A stretch of DNA of 64,000 nucleotides from Desulfobacterales bacterium (GCA_046483495.1 JAWODC010000067.1:41627-105626); one strand, 5' to 3'; shown: positions 1 through 9,766, numbered from the stretch's first letter. The notes: generated by a model from the letters alone, not told the origin. Program-made: numbers and translations.

Positions 1-33
1 ACCAAAGAAGCACCGAATTATCGACTGGATTAA
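1..33 (+). CDS. guaB: 3' end of IMP dehydrogenase (partial)
   Basis: Frame 1 reads TKEAPNYRLD*, matching the typical GuaB C-terminus (ITKEAPNY); only 10 codons are visible. Confidence 0.6.
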   Translation, partial: TKEAPNYRLD

Positions 34-201
34 ACACGCATCATTTCCGGAGCGCGTGTTTTTCGGCCAAAATATATATATCATTCCTCGATTCGCAGGA
101 GGTCCTGCGGCCAAGCACATACGCAGGCGTTCCAGGCACAGCCGGTTATCGAAACCGGAGTGCCGCATCCGACTAACCTAAAGCTTAAAAACAAGTGAAT
201 C

Positions 202-3200
202 ATGACCGACCGTAAGAGCGATACATCCAATCCGAAAGCCGGGTTTGTCCATCTTCATGTACACACACAATACAGCCTTCTGGACGGTGCCATCAGAATC
301 GATGCATTGTTGAAGCGGGTCGCCGAATACAACATGGAGGCCGTGGCGATTACGGACCATGGCACCATGTTCGGTGCAATTGAATTCTATCAGAAGGCGA
401 TATCCGCGGGGATAAAGCCGGTCATCGGCTGTGAATGCTATGTGGCGCCCCGAACCATCGAAGACAAGACGGTGGACGACAACCGGGGGCTCACCCACCT
501 CGTCCTTTTGGCGCAGAATATGGAGGGATACCGAAACCTGTGCAAGCTGGTCTCCATGGCCCAATTAAAAGGATTCTATTATAAGCCCCGCATCGATAAG
601 CAGATGCTGCAGGCCCACAGCAAGGGGCTTATCGGACTGTCCGCCTGCCTTCACGGTGAAATCGCCGTAAAGCTCAAGGAAGGAAAACAAAAAAAGGCGG
701 ATGAAGCGGCCCGATTTTTTCAGAAGGTGTTTGGCGAAGAAAACTTTTATCTCGAGGTCCAGGACAACGGCATGGATGTCCAGTACCGGGTAAATGAAGG
801 GTTGAGTGACATGAGCCGCCGCCTCTCCATTCCAATGGTTGCGACAAATGATTGCCACTATTTGGACCAAAAGGACGCCCGGGCCCATGATGTCCTGCTT
901 TGTGTTCAAACCGGGAAAACCGTCAAGGATCAAGAGAGGTTCAGGTTCAGTACGGATCAGCTGTATTTCAAATCGGCGGATATCATGGAAAAGACCCTGG
1001 GGCGTTATACGGGGGCCATATCGAATAGCGTCGATATCGCCCGCCGCTGTGATATTGAATTCGATTTCAATGCCTATCACTTTCCCAGGTTCAACGTAAA
1101 AGGCGGCAAGTCCGTGGAAGACGTTTTCGAGGAAACGACGCAAAAGGGATTTTCAAAACGTTTCGAAAGACTGATGGAAGCCGATGCGGGCCTCGACGAA
1201 AAAGTATACCAGGACAGGCTGGCCTACGAAATTTCCATGATAAAGGATATGGGCTTTCCAGGCTATTTTCTAATCGTTGCGGATTTTATTCAGTGGGCCA
1301 AGGAAAACAATATCCCGGTAGGGCCGGGCCGGGGATCCGCCGCGGGCAGCATTGTCGCTTATTCGCTGGGCATCACGGACCTCGACCCGATAAAAAACGG
1401 GCTTATTTTTGAACGGTTTTTAAACCCGGCCAGAAAAAGCATGCCCGATATCGATGTCGACTTCTGTATTAACGGCAGAGAGGATGTTTACAAATATGTC
1501 GTTGAAAAATACGGTGGCGGCGATTACGTGGCCCAGATCATCACGTTTGGAAAATTGAAGACGCGTGCTGTCATTCGTGATGTGGGCAGAGCTTTGGATA
1601 TTCCCCTTGCCGAGGTGGACAAGATCGCCAAAACCGTTCCGGATGTTTTGAACATCGGTTTGGACGACGCCCTGGCCCGTGAACCCAAGCTGCGGGAAAT
1701 GGCGGAAGAAAACCCCCGTTACAGTGAACTGATCGATATATGCCGCGTTTTGGAGGGACTGCCCCGCCATGCTTCTACGCACGCCGCAGGCGTGGTGATT
1801 TCGGACAAGCCGCTCGTGGAATATCTTCCCCTTTATCGAGGAAAAAAGGGGGAGGTCGTTACCCAGTACGATATGAAATGTGTCGAGAAAATCGGGTTGG
1901 TAAAGTTCGATTTTTTGGGTTTACGAAACCTGACGGTCATTGCGGAGACCCTCGCCCTGGTCGAGAAACAGAAGAAGCCTCTCCCCGATATGACCAATTT
2001 GGGTCTCACCGACAAAAAGACATATGCGCTGTTGGCATCCGGGGAGACGAACGGGGTTTTCCAGCTGGAAAGCTCAGGCATGAAAGATCTCCTGGTTCGA
2101 ATGAAACCCGAGAGTTTTGAAGATATTACGGCACTGGTGGCTCTTTACAGGCCCGGCCCTCTCGAAAGCGGCATGGTGGATGATTTCGTTGACCGAAAGC
2201 ACGGCAGAAAACCCGTCACCTATCTGGTGCCCAATCTCGAGCCCGTCTTGAAGGAGACTTACGGCGTTATCGTCTACCAGGAACAGGTCATGAAAATCGC
2301 CGGTCGATTGGCCGACTATTCCATGTCTGAAGCCGATGATTTGCGAAAAGCCATGGGCAAAAAGATCCCTGAAATTCTGGCTCAGCACAAGCAGCGGTTC
2401 ATTCAGGGCGCCGTCAAAAACACGATCGAATCAACGAAAGCGGAAAACCTTTTTGACCTGATCGAAAAATTCGGGGGGTATGGCTTCAACAAATCGCACA
2501 GCGCCGCCTATGCCCTGATCGCCTATCAGACCGCTTATTTGAAGGCCCATTTTCCGGTGGAATTTCTGGCGGCACTGTTGACCAGTGAAATGCATTCCAT
2601 TGACGGGGTGGTCAAATACATCGCCGAGGCGAGGCGCCGGGAAATAACCGTTCTTCCGCCCGACATCAACAAGAGTGAAAAAACGTTTATCGCCAGGGGG
2701 GATGAAATCATCTTTGGGTTGGTGGCCGTTAAAAATGTGGGGGAGGGAGCGATCGAGGCCATTATCGAGGAAAGAACCGCCCGTGGTCCGTTCGGTTCTC
2801 TTTTTGAGTTTTGTGAGCGGGTGGACCTGAGGAAAATCAATAAACGGGTTATCGAAAGCCTGATAAAGTGTGGGGCATTTGATGCTACCGGTCATCACAG
2901 GTCTCAAATGGCCGCCGCCTTAGAGGACGCGCTGGATTACGGCCAACGGATTCAACGGGAAAAAAATGATCCCCAGATGGGGCTTTTTGATATGGGTGGG
3001 GCGCCTGTAACCCTCAATCCTCCCGAATGGCCGACACTGGATGAATGGGATGATCGTGATCTGCTCGCTTTCGAAAAGGATGCCTTGGGCTTTTACATGA
3101 CCGGACACCCCCTGGATCGCTATGAGCCGCTCCTGGACAAATTCGCCACCGTGACCTCCATCTCGGTTCGGGACGAGTCGGATCAGGCAGGCGCGCGCAT

Positions 3201-3759
3201 CGGCGGAATCATTCGGGAAGTCAAGACAATCCAGACGAAAAAAGGCGATACCATGGCATTTGTTTCGCTGGAAGACCGTCACGGCGCCATGGAAGTAACC
3301 GTTTTTACGTCTGTGTACATGGAATGCAGTCATCTGCTTGTCGAAGATGCCCCTGTTTTTGTTCAGGGCCGGATTCAGAAGGATGAAAACAGCATCAAAA
3401 TGCTCGCTGATGCCGTGATCTCGATGGATGAGGCGGAGGAAAAGTGGACGGCCGAGGTTTATGTCAACCTCGATGTAAACCGAACGGACAAGGACACGCT
3501 GGTTCGGCTGCGGGACGTTTTGCAGGATCATCGCGGTGAGAGCAAAGCATTTATTTGCCTGAATGACTCCAATCAAACCCGTACAATCATCGCCCTGCCG
3601 GATGAATTAAAGCTCGCCGCCGGAAAAAAACTGGCTCGACAGATCAATGCGCTCGTAGGCTATGGCGCTTATGAAAGCCGGTGCGCCGGCGTTGCGGCAT
3701 TTCAGCACCTGAATGGAAACGGTCGGAACTCAAAAAGGAAACGGTTCAGGCATGCATGA
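202..3759 (+). CDS. dnaE: DNA polymerase III subunit alpha
   Basis: PHP domain (FVHLHVHTQYSLLDG, TDHG, NDCH), GPGRGSAAGS, MPDIDVDF, KFDFLGL, GFNKSHSAAY, C-terminal OB fold; 1185 aa. Confidence 0.98.
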   Translation: MTDRKSDTSNPKAGFVHLHVHTQYSLLDGAIRIDALLKRVAEYNMEAVAITDHGTMFGAIEFYQKAISAGIKPVIGCECYVAPRTIEDKTVDDNRGLTHLVLLAQNMEGYRNLCKLVSMAQLKGFYYKPRIDKQMLQAHSKGLIGLSACLHGEIAVKLKEGKQKKADEAARFFQKVFGEENFYLEVQDNGMDVQYRVNEGLSDMSRRLSIPMVATNDCHYLDQKDARAHDVLLCVQTGKTVKDQERFRFSTDQLYFKSADIMEKTLGRYTGAISNSVDIARRCDIEFDFNAYHFPRFNVKGGKSVEDVFEETTQKGFSKRFERLMEADAGLDEKVYQDRLAYEISMIKDMGFPGYFLIVADFIQWAKENNIPVGPGRGSAAGSIVAYSLGITDLDPIKNGLIFERFLNPARKSMPDIDVDFCINGREDVYKYVVEKYGGGDYVAQIITFGKLKTRAVIRDVGRALDIPLAEVDKIAKTVPDVLNIGLDDALAREPKLREMAEENPRYSELIDICRVLEGLPRHASTHAAGVVISDKPLVEYLPLYRGKKGEVVTQYDMKCVEKIGLVKFDFLGLRNLTVIAETLALVEKQKKPLPDMTNLGLTDKKTYALLASGETNGVFQLESSGMKDLLVRMKPESFEDITALVALYRPGPLESGMVDDFVDRKHGRKPVTYLVPNLEPVLKETYGVIVYQEQVMKIAGRLADYSMSEADDLRKAMGKKIPEILAQHKQRFIQGAVKNTIESTKAENLFDLIEKFGGYGFNKSHSAAYALIAYQTAYLKAHFPVEFLAALLTSEMHSIDGVVKYIAEARRREITVLPPDINKSEKTFIARGDEIIFGLVAVKNVGEGAIEAIIEERTARGPFGSLFEFCERVDLRKINKRVIESLIKCGAFDATGHHRSQMAAALEDALDYGQRIQREKNDPQMGLFDMGGAPVTLNPPEWPTLDEWDDRDLLAFEKDALGFYMTGHPLDRYEPLLDKFATVTSISVRDESDQAGARIGGIIREVKTIQTKKGDTMAFVSLEDRHGAMEVTVFTSVYMECSHLLVEDAPVFVQGRIQKDENSIKMLADAVISMDEAEEKWTAEVYVNLDVNRTDKDTLVRLRDVLQDHRGESKAFICLNDSNQTRTIIALPDELKLAAGKKLARQINALVGYGAYESRCAGVAAFQHLNGNGRNSKRKRFRHA

Positions 3760-5116
3760 TACGAAGCTGTTCAGTGTTCTTTTGGCGGGTGGTGCGGGAA
3801 CCCGGCTGTGGCCGGTATCCCGTCAGCTGTATCCGAAGCAGTTGGCCCGATTTATCGGCAACGATTCCCTTATTCAAAGCACGATTCACCGGATGACCCC
3901 GTTTGTTTTGCCTGATAATATTCGAATCGTATGCGGGCTCGAGCATTTTTACGAAATCGGAAGGCATATGAAGGACGCGGGCATACCGCCGGAAGGCAAA
4001 ATTCTCTCGGAACCCTGCGGGAGGAATACGGCGCCGGCGATTCTGCTGGCCTTGTTCCATATTTCTCAACTGGAGCCCGATGCGGTGGTGTGCGTTTTTC
4101 CGGCGGATCACGTGATAAAAAACATCCAATTATTTCAAGAGAAGGTATTGTTCGCGGCGGACCTCGCAAGAGAAGGCCATATCGTTACCTTCGGAATTAT
4201 GCCGCATTATCCGGAGACCGGTTACGGCTATATCGAAGGGGCGGAACCGATCTCCAATGGTGCGCTTCGTGTGAAGCGTTTCGTGGAAAAACCAAACAAA
4301 TCGATGGCCGAAAATTATGTAGCATCCGGCAATTTTTTCTGGAACAGCGGCATGTTCGTTTTCAGCACTTCCGTAATGATCGCCGAATTCGAGCGCCATG
4401 GACCGGAATTGGTTTCGAAAATGGCGGATATGCTTGCCGGACAAGTAGTACCGGATCTGGAAGCCTATGAACAGATGCCGAATATTTCTATCGATTACGC
4501 CGTGATGGAGAAGACGGACAAGGCGGTGGTGCTGCCGGTCGATTTCGGCTGGAGCGATATTGGATCATGGAAATCCCTGTTCGATTTTATGCCGAAGGAC
4601 GCCGACAACAATGTCATTGTAGGCGATGTGATGACCCATGATGCGCAGGGCTGCCTCATACTCGGCCGGGACCGTTTGATCGCCGTCAATCTGTTGAAAA
4701 ATGCGGTGGTTGTGGACACCCCGGATTCCGTGTTCATTTCCGATATCGAAAACAGCCGGGATGTCAAATGCATTGTCGACCGCCTGAAGCTTGAAGGCAG
4801 AAAGGAATGTTACCAGCATCGAACGATGTATCATCCCTGGGGAACGGACACGCTTCTCGAGGATGCCGGGGTATTCACGGTGGACCGGCTCACAATCTTT
4901 CCCCGGCAGTCGGTGACGTTTTCGCCCGGCACCGGCGCCATCCGGCATGTGATTGTGGCCGCGGGGGCGATTATCGTTTCCGCCGGCGATGAAAGCAGGA
5001 CCGTTGCCAAAGGGGAGACGTTCGTGTTCGGGATGGATGAGACAACCCTCTACAATCCGGATGATCAGCCTGCTGAAATCGTCAGGATAACGATTCAGTG
5101 CCCATCCGGACAATAA
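3752..5116 (+). CDS. manC: Mannose-1-phosphate guanylyltransferase (ManC/AlgA type) with degenerate C-terminal cupin
   Basis: LAGGAGTRLWPVSR, EPCGRNTAPAI, PETGYGYI, FVEKP, WNSGMF, SIDYAVMEK, WSDIGSW; likely ATG at 3752 overlaps the dnaE stop. Confidence 0.92.
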   Translation: MHDTKLFSVLLAGGAGTRLWPVSRQLYPKQLARFIGNDSLIQSTIHRMTPFVLPDNIRIVCGLEHFYEIGRHMKDAGIPPEGKILSEPCGRNTAPAILLALFHISQLEPDAVVCVFPADHVIKNIQLFQEKVLFAADLAREGHIVTFGIMPHYPETGYGYIEGAEPISNGALRVKRFVEKPNKSMAENYVASGNFFWNSGMFVFSTSVMIAEFERHGPELVSKMADMLAGQVVPDLEAYEQMPNISIDYAVMEKTDKAVVLPVDFGWSDIGSWKSLFDFMPKDADNNVIVGDVMTHDAQGCLILGRDRLIAVNLLKNAVVVDTPDSVFISDIENSRDVKCIVDRLKLEGRKECYQHRTMYHPWGTDTLLEDAGVFTVDRLTIFPRQSVTFSPGTGAIRHVIVAAGAIIVSAGDESRTVAKGETFVFGMDETTLYNPDDQPAEIVRITIQCPSGQ

Positions 5117-5208
5117 AGAGTCTCCTTTTAAGAGGTTAATTTACCCCACCAATATCCCTTGCATTTTTCTCATTTTCAGATATAAATAGCAACTACTCCT
5201 CACTTCTA

Positions 5209-5228
5209 AATGAGTATAATTACTCATT
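5209..5228. promoter_or_regulatory. Palindromic operator candidate enclosing a TATAAT -10 box upstream of the pilin operon
   Basis: AATGAGTA-TAAT-TACTCATT perfect 8-bp inverted repeat; TATAAT at 5215-5220. Confidence 0.5.
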
Positions 5229-5349
5229 GCAAAAATAACCGTACCATAATAAAAAACAAAACCATAACTAAGCGCGATGTGTGCTGAATTTCCTTGCGTT
5301 TAACTTACAGAGATTAAAGGGAATCAGCATGGACTGAATTGGGGGGGCC

Positions 5350-5778
5350 ATGAAGGCGACACATCCTAAGCACGGTTTTACAGTCATTGAAATGCTCGTG
5401 GCGATCGCGATTATCGGCATAATATCCGCAATCGCCATACCCAATCTACTTTCCTTCTTCCCGAAATCCAGGCTAAGTGGTGCAACCCGAGTACTTGCGG
5501 GCGATCTCATGGCGACCCGGATGGAGGCGGTCAAACGCAACCAGACGGCATATATGGCGTATATGGGAGCAGCTGAATACCAAATCGCCTATATGGGAAC
5601 GCTTATCAAGGCCCGGGATTTAAGCAGCGAGTATCCGGATGTAACCTTTGCCGACTTTGATCGAGTGTCATTCAATTCAAGAGGAGCGGCTCTCGGTACA
5701 AAAACGATCACCCTTTCGAACCCAAGCGGCAGCAAAACGATCGATGTGACCATAGCCGGCAGGGTAAAGATAAATTAG
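5350..5778 (+). CDS. FimT/FimU/GspH-family minor pilin
   Basis: Class III signal G|FTVIEMLVAIAIIGII, RMEAVKRN, C-terminal FNSRG and IAGRVKI. Confidence 0.85.
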   Translation: MKATHPKHGFTVIEMLVAIAIIGIISAIAIPNLLSFFPKSRLSGATRVLAGDLMATRMEAVKRNQTAYMAYMGAAEYQIAYMGTLIKARDLSSEYPDVTFADFDRVSFNSRGAALGTKTITLSNPSGSKTIDVTIAGRVKIN

Positions 5779-5790
5779 CGGACGAATCTT

Positions 5791-5814
5791 CCGGCGGAAG
5801 CCGGTTTTGTTTTT
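5791..5814 (+). terminator. Possible intrinsic terminator inside the pilin cluster
   Basis: CCGGC-GGAA-GCCGG hairpin followed by TTTTGTTTTT; the stem is short. Confidence 0.45.
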
Positions 5815-5893
5815 CTGATCGTGAGGAATTTACTTTCGCACGCATCTACCCAGGCGGACGGGCACGGTGAATTTTAAAAAAAGAAGATCAGCC

Positions 5894-6265
5894 ATGAAAA
5901 CACTGCAGAAAAACACGATGGGATTTACCTTGTTGGAGATATTGATTGCGATTCTCATTATAACAACCGGCCTGGTGGGGACGGCAGGGCTTTTGGTCTC
6001 GATCATCAAGACAAATGACCTCAGCAGTGAAATGACAAAGGCGACCGCATTGGCTCAATCCACCATGGAGCAGATCCGCCAGGCGGGGTATATCGGCGCC
6101 CTGGAAGTCGGTGAATCCACAACCGATTCGCCCATGGAAGGATTCAACAGGACTGTCGCGGTTTCGTCTACCGGAACAAGCGGAGCCAAGGCGGTCAATG
6201 TGACGGTTACGTTCAGGTCGTTCGGTCAACACACAGTTCAACTCGATACGATTCTTGCAAGGTGA
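5894..6265 (+). CDS. PilV-like minor pilin
   Basis: G|FTLLEILIAILII, ATALAQSTMEQIR, C-terminal VNVTVTF; ATG at 5894 preferred. Confidence 0.82.
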   Translation: MKTLQKNTMGFTLLEILIAILIITTGLVGTAGLLVSIIKTNDLSSEMTKATALAQSTMEQIRQAGYIGALEVGESTTDSPMEGFNRTVAVSSTGTSGAKAVNVTVTFRSFGQHTVQLDTILAR

Positions 6266-6270
6266 GGAAA

Positions 6271-7440
6271 ATGGCCAATCGAAAAGAAAAAAAGCGTAAG
6301 GGGTTTACTCTTCTGGAACTGGTGCTGTCTGTGGCGCTCGGGCTGATTATCATCACGGCCCTTGTGAGCACCTTTACCATGCAGAGAAAGACTTACGATG
6401 CCCAGGAACAGGGCGCGGAAATGATTCAGACGGCGCGCGCGGCATTGGATATGATCGGCAGGGAGTTGATTATGGCCGGGTACAATCCCGATCCCGCCAG
6501 TACGCTCCAGAAGGAGGACGCCGCATTGTCGACATTCACGGGCGTCTCCTGCAGCGGAGGACAGCTGGATATCCGTGCCGATTTGGACGGGGACGGCGCC
6601 ATATCGAACGCCGTCAACGACAACGAGTGGATTATTTACAAGCTCGACGGTGATGTCATCAAACGAAAAGTCGGCAACGGCTCGTTTGAAAATTTTGCTG
6701 AAAATATAACGGCATTTACATTCGAGTGCCAGGATGTTAACGGCAATTCAACGTCCAATACGGCCGATGTGAGAAGGGTGAATATCATTCTGTCCGCCCA
6801 GACGGAAAAACCCGGGATCGGGACGGGATACGGCACCGAAACCCTGGAATCCGTATTCAAAATCCGCAATATGGGGTTGGCCGCGCCGTCCTCCACTACG
6901 GGTTCGACCTCGACGACTGTGCCGACCACGACAACGACCTCGAGTTCCTCAACGACAACGACGTCATCCACATCGAGCACTTCGACGACCACGACCACAA
7001 CGACATCGACAACAACGACTACTGCCGACTACTATATTCCACCGGATGATGAAATCGATGATATGGTTTTAGAAGGAGATGAATGCGATCCGCAGCGAAT
7101 GGGCATCAATGTCGAGCAATGCACCAAGAACTACAATGATTCCGTATTAATCAGGGTATTTTTTCAGGACGATTACGGTTTGCCGATGGATAGCATACCT
7201 GATGGGAGCTTGAAGTGGTTTATCAACGGCGTCGAGCAAATCAATCACAAGCTTACGGCGAGTTCCACGCAGCCCGGATGGTATGGAAGCACCGGTCTGT
7301 GCAATTGCGGTACCTTCCTGAATTCATACAGTTGCGCAGTATCGGATGGAAAGCATAAAGAATATACCATAACAGTGGAATATCACCTCGATAACGGATG
7401 TGTTTATACATATGAAACGGAAACGTTCGGCAGTAAATAA
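6271..7440 (+). CDS. PilW-like minor pilin with Ser/Thr-rich linker and Cys-rich C-terminal domain
   Basis: G|FTLLELVLSV, ARAALDMIGRELIMAGY, DLDGDG loop, FKIRN end of pilin domain, then a 45-aa S/T tract and a domain with 6 Cys. Confidence 0.82.
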   Translation: MANRKEKKRKGFTLLELVLSVALGLIIITALVSTFTMQRKTYDAQEQGAEMIQTARAALDMIGRELIMAGYNPDPASTLQKEDAALSTFTGVSCSGGQLDIRADLDGDGAISNAVNDNEWIIYKLDGDVIKRKVGNGSFENFAENITAFTFECQDVNGNSTSNTADVRRVNIILSAQTEKPGIGTGYGTETLESVFKIRNMGLAAPSSTTGSTSTTVPTTTTTSSSSTTTTSSTSSTSTTTTTTTSTTTTTADYYIPPDDEIDDMVLEGDECDPQRMGINVEQCTKNYNDSVLIRVFFQDDYGLPMDSIPDGSLKWFINGVEQINHKLTASSTQPGWYGSTGLCNCGTFLNSYSCAVSDGKHKEYTITVEYHLDNGCVYTYETETFGSK

Positions 7441-7482
7441 TAGTATATCAAAACGGCCGTACGATTACGAGGGAGAGGGAAA

Positions 7483-8847
7483 ATGGAGAGGTTCGAAAAA
7501 TTGGCGAATAAGGATGGAATTGTCCTGGTTTCCGGCCTGATGATACTGGCGCTGCTGCTCATCATCGGTGCCACCGCCTATATGCTCTCATCGTCGGATG
7601 TCATGATCAGCGCAAATTACAAGCACTCGGAAGCCGCCTTCGCCGACGCGGAAGCCGGGATCGATTTTGCAAAAGCGGCTATTGAAAATCATCTCGAGGG
7701 CGGGGGAAACCTGCCGGCCAACGTCGGTGATGTTATGGCTATACCGGCCACCGCACCGAGCGGCTTTTTATTTTCCTACTCCAATTTGGAAAAAACCGGG
7801 AATAATGCCTATACGTTTACGAGCACGGGAAATGGTCCTCAGGGGGCCACGGCATCGATCATTACCTCGATTAAACGAAAACCGGTATTCGATTATGCAG
7901 TGTTCGGCGATGAGCAGGTGGATTTAAAAAGCAGCACCGGTGTTTTCAGCTACAACTCATCAGACGGGTTGCCGGACCCGGACGACGCTTCCTGGGACGA
8001 CATGACCACGAGCACGGGCAACGGGGACGTGGGGTCCAACGGCGATGCGGATGCAAAGAATGACATTATTCTGAACAGCAGTTGTTATGTGGATGGCGAT
8101 TTGGCCCAGGGTGCCGACGGCAGTCCACTTGTCGAAGCGGTGGTCAAGAACTCGGGGGGGGTGTTTACCGGGGAAACAACGTCTGTCGGACCGGTGGACA
8201 CGGACCCGCTGGATATCGTAAATGACAGTGATTTTTTAAATAAATTTGCCGACTATGAAGCTGCAAATGATAACGCATCCATTACTGAGCCGGAAACAGG
8301 TGCGGCGTTGGATACGACCATTGCAGATGATGGTGTCGTTCTTACAGGGCCGGGTGATTATTATTTCGATTCCATTCAATTGGGTAATGGTGATACCTTG
8401 ACGATCGATGCCTCATCCGGTCCCATCAACATCTGGGTCAGGGGACCCGTGCTCGGTGATAACGGCTCCGAGTTCGCCATTCAAAACACCTCGGACACCA
8501 ACAAAGTAAATATCAATGTTACCGAACCCTCCGGTTACGCCGGCTCAACGATTATCGATTTGAAAAACGGCGGTGATTTCAACCCGGGTGGACATCCCTC
8601 GCATGTTATGATCAAGACGGATTCGGATGCAACGGTTTCGATTCACAATGGAAACGATACCCGGGCGGTGATTTACGCCCCGTTCGCTCATGTGGATTTT
8701 GACAACGGCAGTGCATTTTATGGGGCTGTCCTGGGAAAGACCATCGCACTTAGAAATTCCATGAAGGTGTATTATGATGAAACCATCAAGGATTTGGCGG
8801 TTTCAAAAAAAGTGGAATTGACGTCATGGTACCAGAAGCTTGAATAG
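7483..8847 (+). CDS. PilX-like minor pilin with large acidic C-terminal domain
   Basis: G|IVLVSGLMIL (no Glu5, as in PilX/GspK), AFADAEAGID, C-terminal VIYAP / FYGAVLGK / VYYDE / SWYQ motifs. Confidence 0.78.
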   Translation: MERFEKLANKDGIVLVSGLMILALLLIIGATAYMLSSSDVMISANYKHSEAAFADAEAGIDFAKAAIENHLEGGGNLPANVGDVMAIPATAPSGFLFSYSNLEKTGNNAYTFTSTGNGPQGATASIITSIKRKPVFDYAVFGDEQVDLKSSTGVFSYNSSDGLPDPDDASWDDMTTSTGNGDVGSNGDADAKNDIILNSSCYVDGDLAQGADGSPLVEAVVKNSGGVFTGETTSVGPVDTDPLDIVNDSDFLNKFADYEAANDNASITEPETGAALDTTIADDGVVLTGPGDYYFDSIQLGNGDTLTIDASSGPINIWVRGPVLGDNGSEFAIQNTSDTNKVNINVTEPSGYAGSTIIDLKNGGDFNPGGHPSHVMIKTDSDATVSIHNGNDTRAVIYAPFAHVDFDNGSAFYGAVLGKTIALRNSMKVYYDETIKDLAVSKKVELTSWYQKLE

Positions 8848-8858
8848 AAAAATCCGTT

Positions 8859-9443
8859 TTAATCGTCTTCAAGCGACGAAGTCCACCAACTCGGGATCGA
8901 TCCGTTGCTCCTGTTCTTGATAGTTTTCACCAGAGCCGTCTCCCTGTGGCGCAATTTCAAAAGCTCCTGGGTAACTGATTCGATGTCTTTTTTTGTTCCA
9001 TTATTTTTGGCCTCCATGAATCGTTCACCGGCCTGCCGGTACAACTGTTCCAACTCGTGTTTTTCAGCCAGGAAAAGAGCTTTTTCCTCAGGCGTGATCG
9101 AGGGCGCAGCGTCGGAAGTAACATCTGCTTTGCCATCTGCTTGTTCTTCCGGATCGATCTTTGTGGAAGCATCTGAAGCATTTAATTCGCTATTCGCATC
9201 GCTACTACTTATGTTTTCTTCCCATGTGCAAGGGTCGGAACTTTTGCGGATGACCTTCACCGTCTGCTTGTTAAAGGCGGCAACCCCCCCGTATAGAGTG
9301 CAGTGGACCTTGCCGTCTTCTTCCCAGTACTGGTCTGTCAAAAAGCGACTGCCGGTTTCCAATTCGATGATATAGGAAGAAAAACCGAATGACGGGATGA
9401 ACATCACTATCGTCCATAGGATAAACGCTTTTTTCATATACAT
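8859..9443 (-). CDS. Hypothetical exported protein
   Basis: Signal-peptide-like N-terminus, small beta domain (YIIELETG..YWEEDG..YGG), acidic linker, helical C-terminus. Confidence 0.7.
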   Translation of the reverse strand: MYMKKAFILWTIVMFIPSFGFSSYIIELETGSRFLTDQYWEEDGKVHCTLYGGVAAFNKQTVKVIRKSSDPCTWEENISSSDANSELNASDASTKIDPEEQADGKADVTSDAAPSITPEEKALFLAEKHELEQLYRQAGERFMEAKNNGTKKDIESVTQELLKLRHRETALVKTIKNRSNGSIPSWWTSSLEDD

Positions 9444-9583
9444 CCTCTCGTGTCGGTCAAAGGGTGGTTAGAAGCGGTTTAGATGCCCGAAAGGCTTTTA
9501 AGCCGGGCTGAATACCTGTATTCTGCGGCATGCGTCTTGGTGAACTGCGCATAATATTGAATTTTAGGGGAAGTTTTAAACTG

Positions 9584-9612
9584 CTTCTACCATGTTAAAT
9601 CGGATATGTCAA
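9584..9612 (-). promoter_or_regulatory. Sigma70-type promoter for 8859..9443
   Basis: TTGACA-N17-TAGAAG with TG extension on the minus strand. Confidence 0.5.
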
Positions 9613-9766
9613 TAAAACGGCCCCGAAAAACACATCCATTGGAAACGGCTGTTCAGCAAAATACAAACGATGCATGGCAAGTTATGCCGCATGGAATTGT
9701 CCCCCATCGATGTAGCGGGAAGTAAATTGAAGACGGATGCAGCACATGTTTGGGCGAACCGATGGA

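Noticed and set aside
34..200. GC-rich hairpins between guaB and dnaE as a riboswitch or ncRNA
   Set aside because: No purine-riboswitch or other known consensus recognised
6889..7023. S/T tract as a phase-variable DNA microsatellite
   Set aside because: Codons vary (acg/acc/aca/act/tcg) and the period is 3, so it is a protein-level low-complexity region
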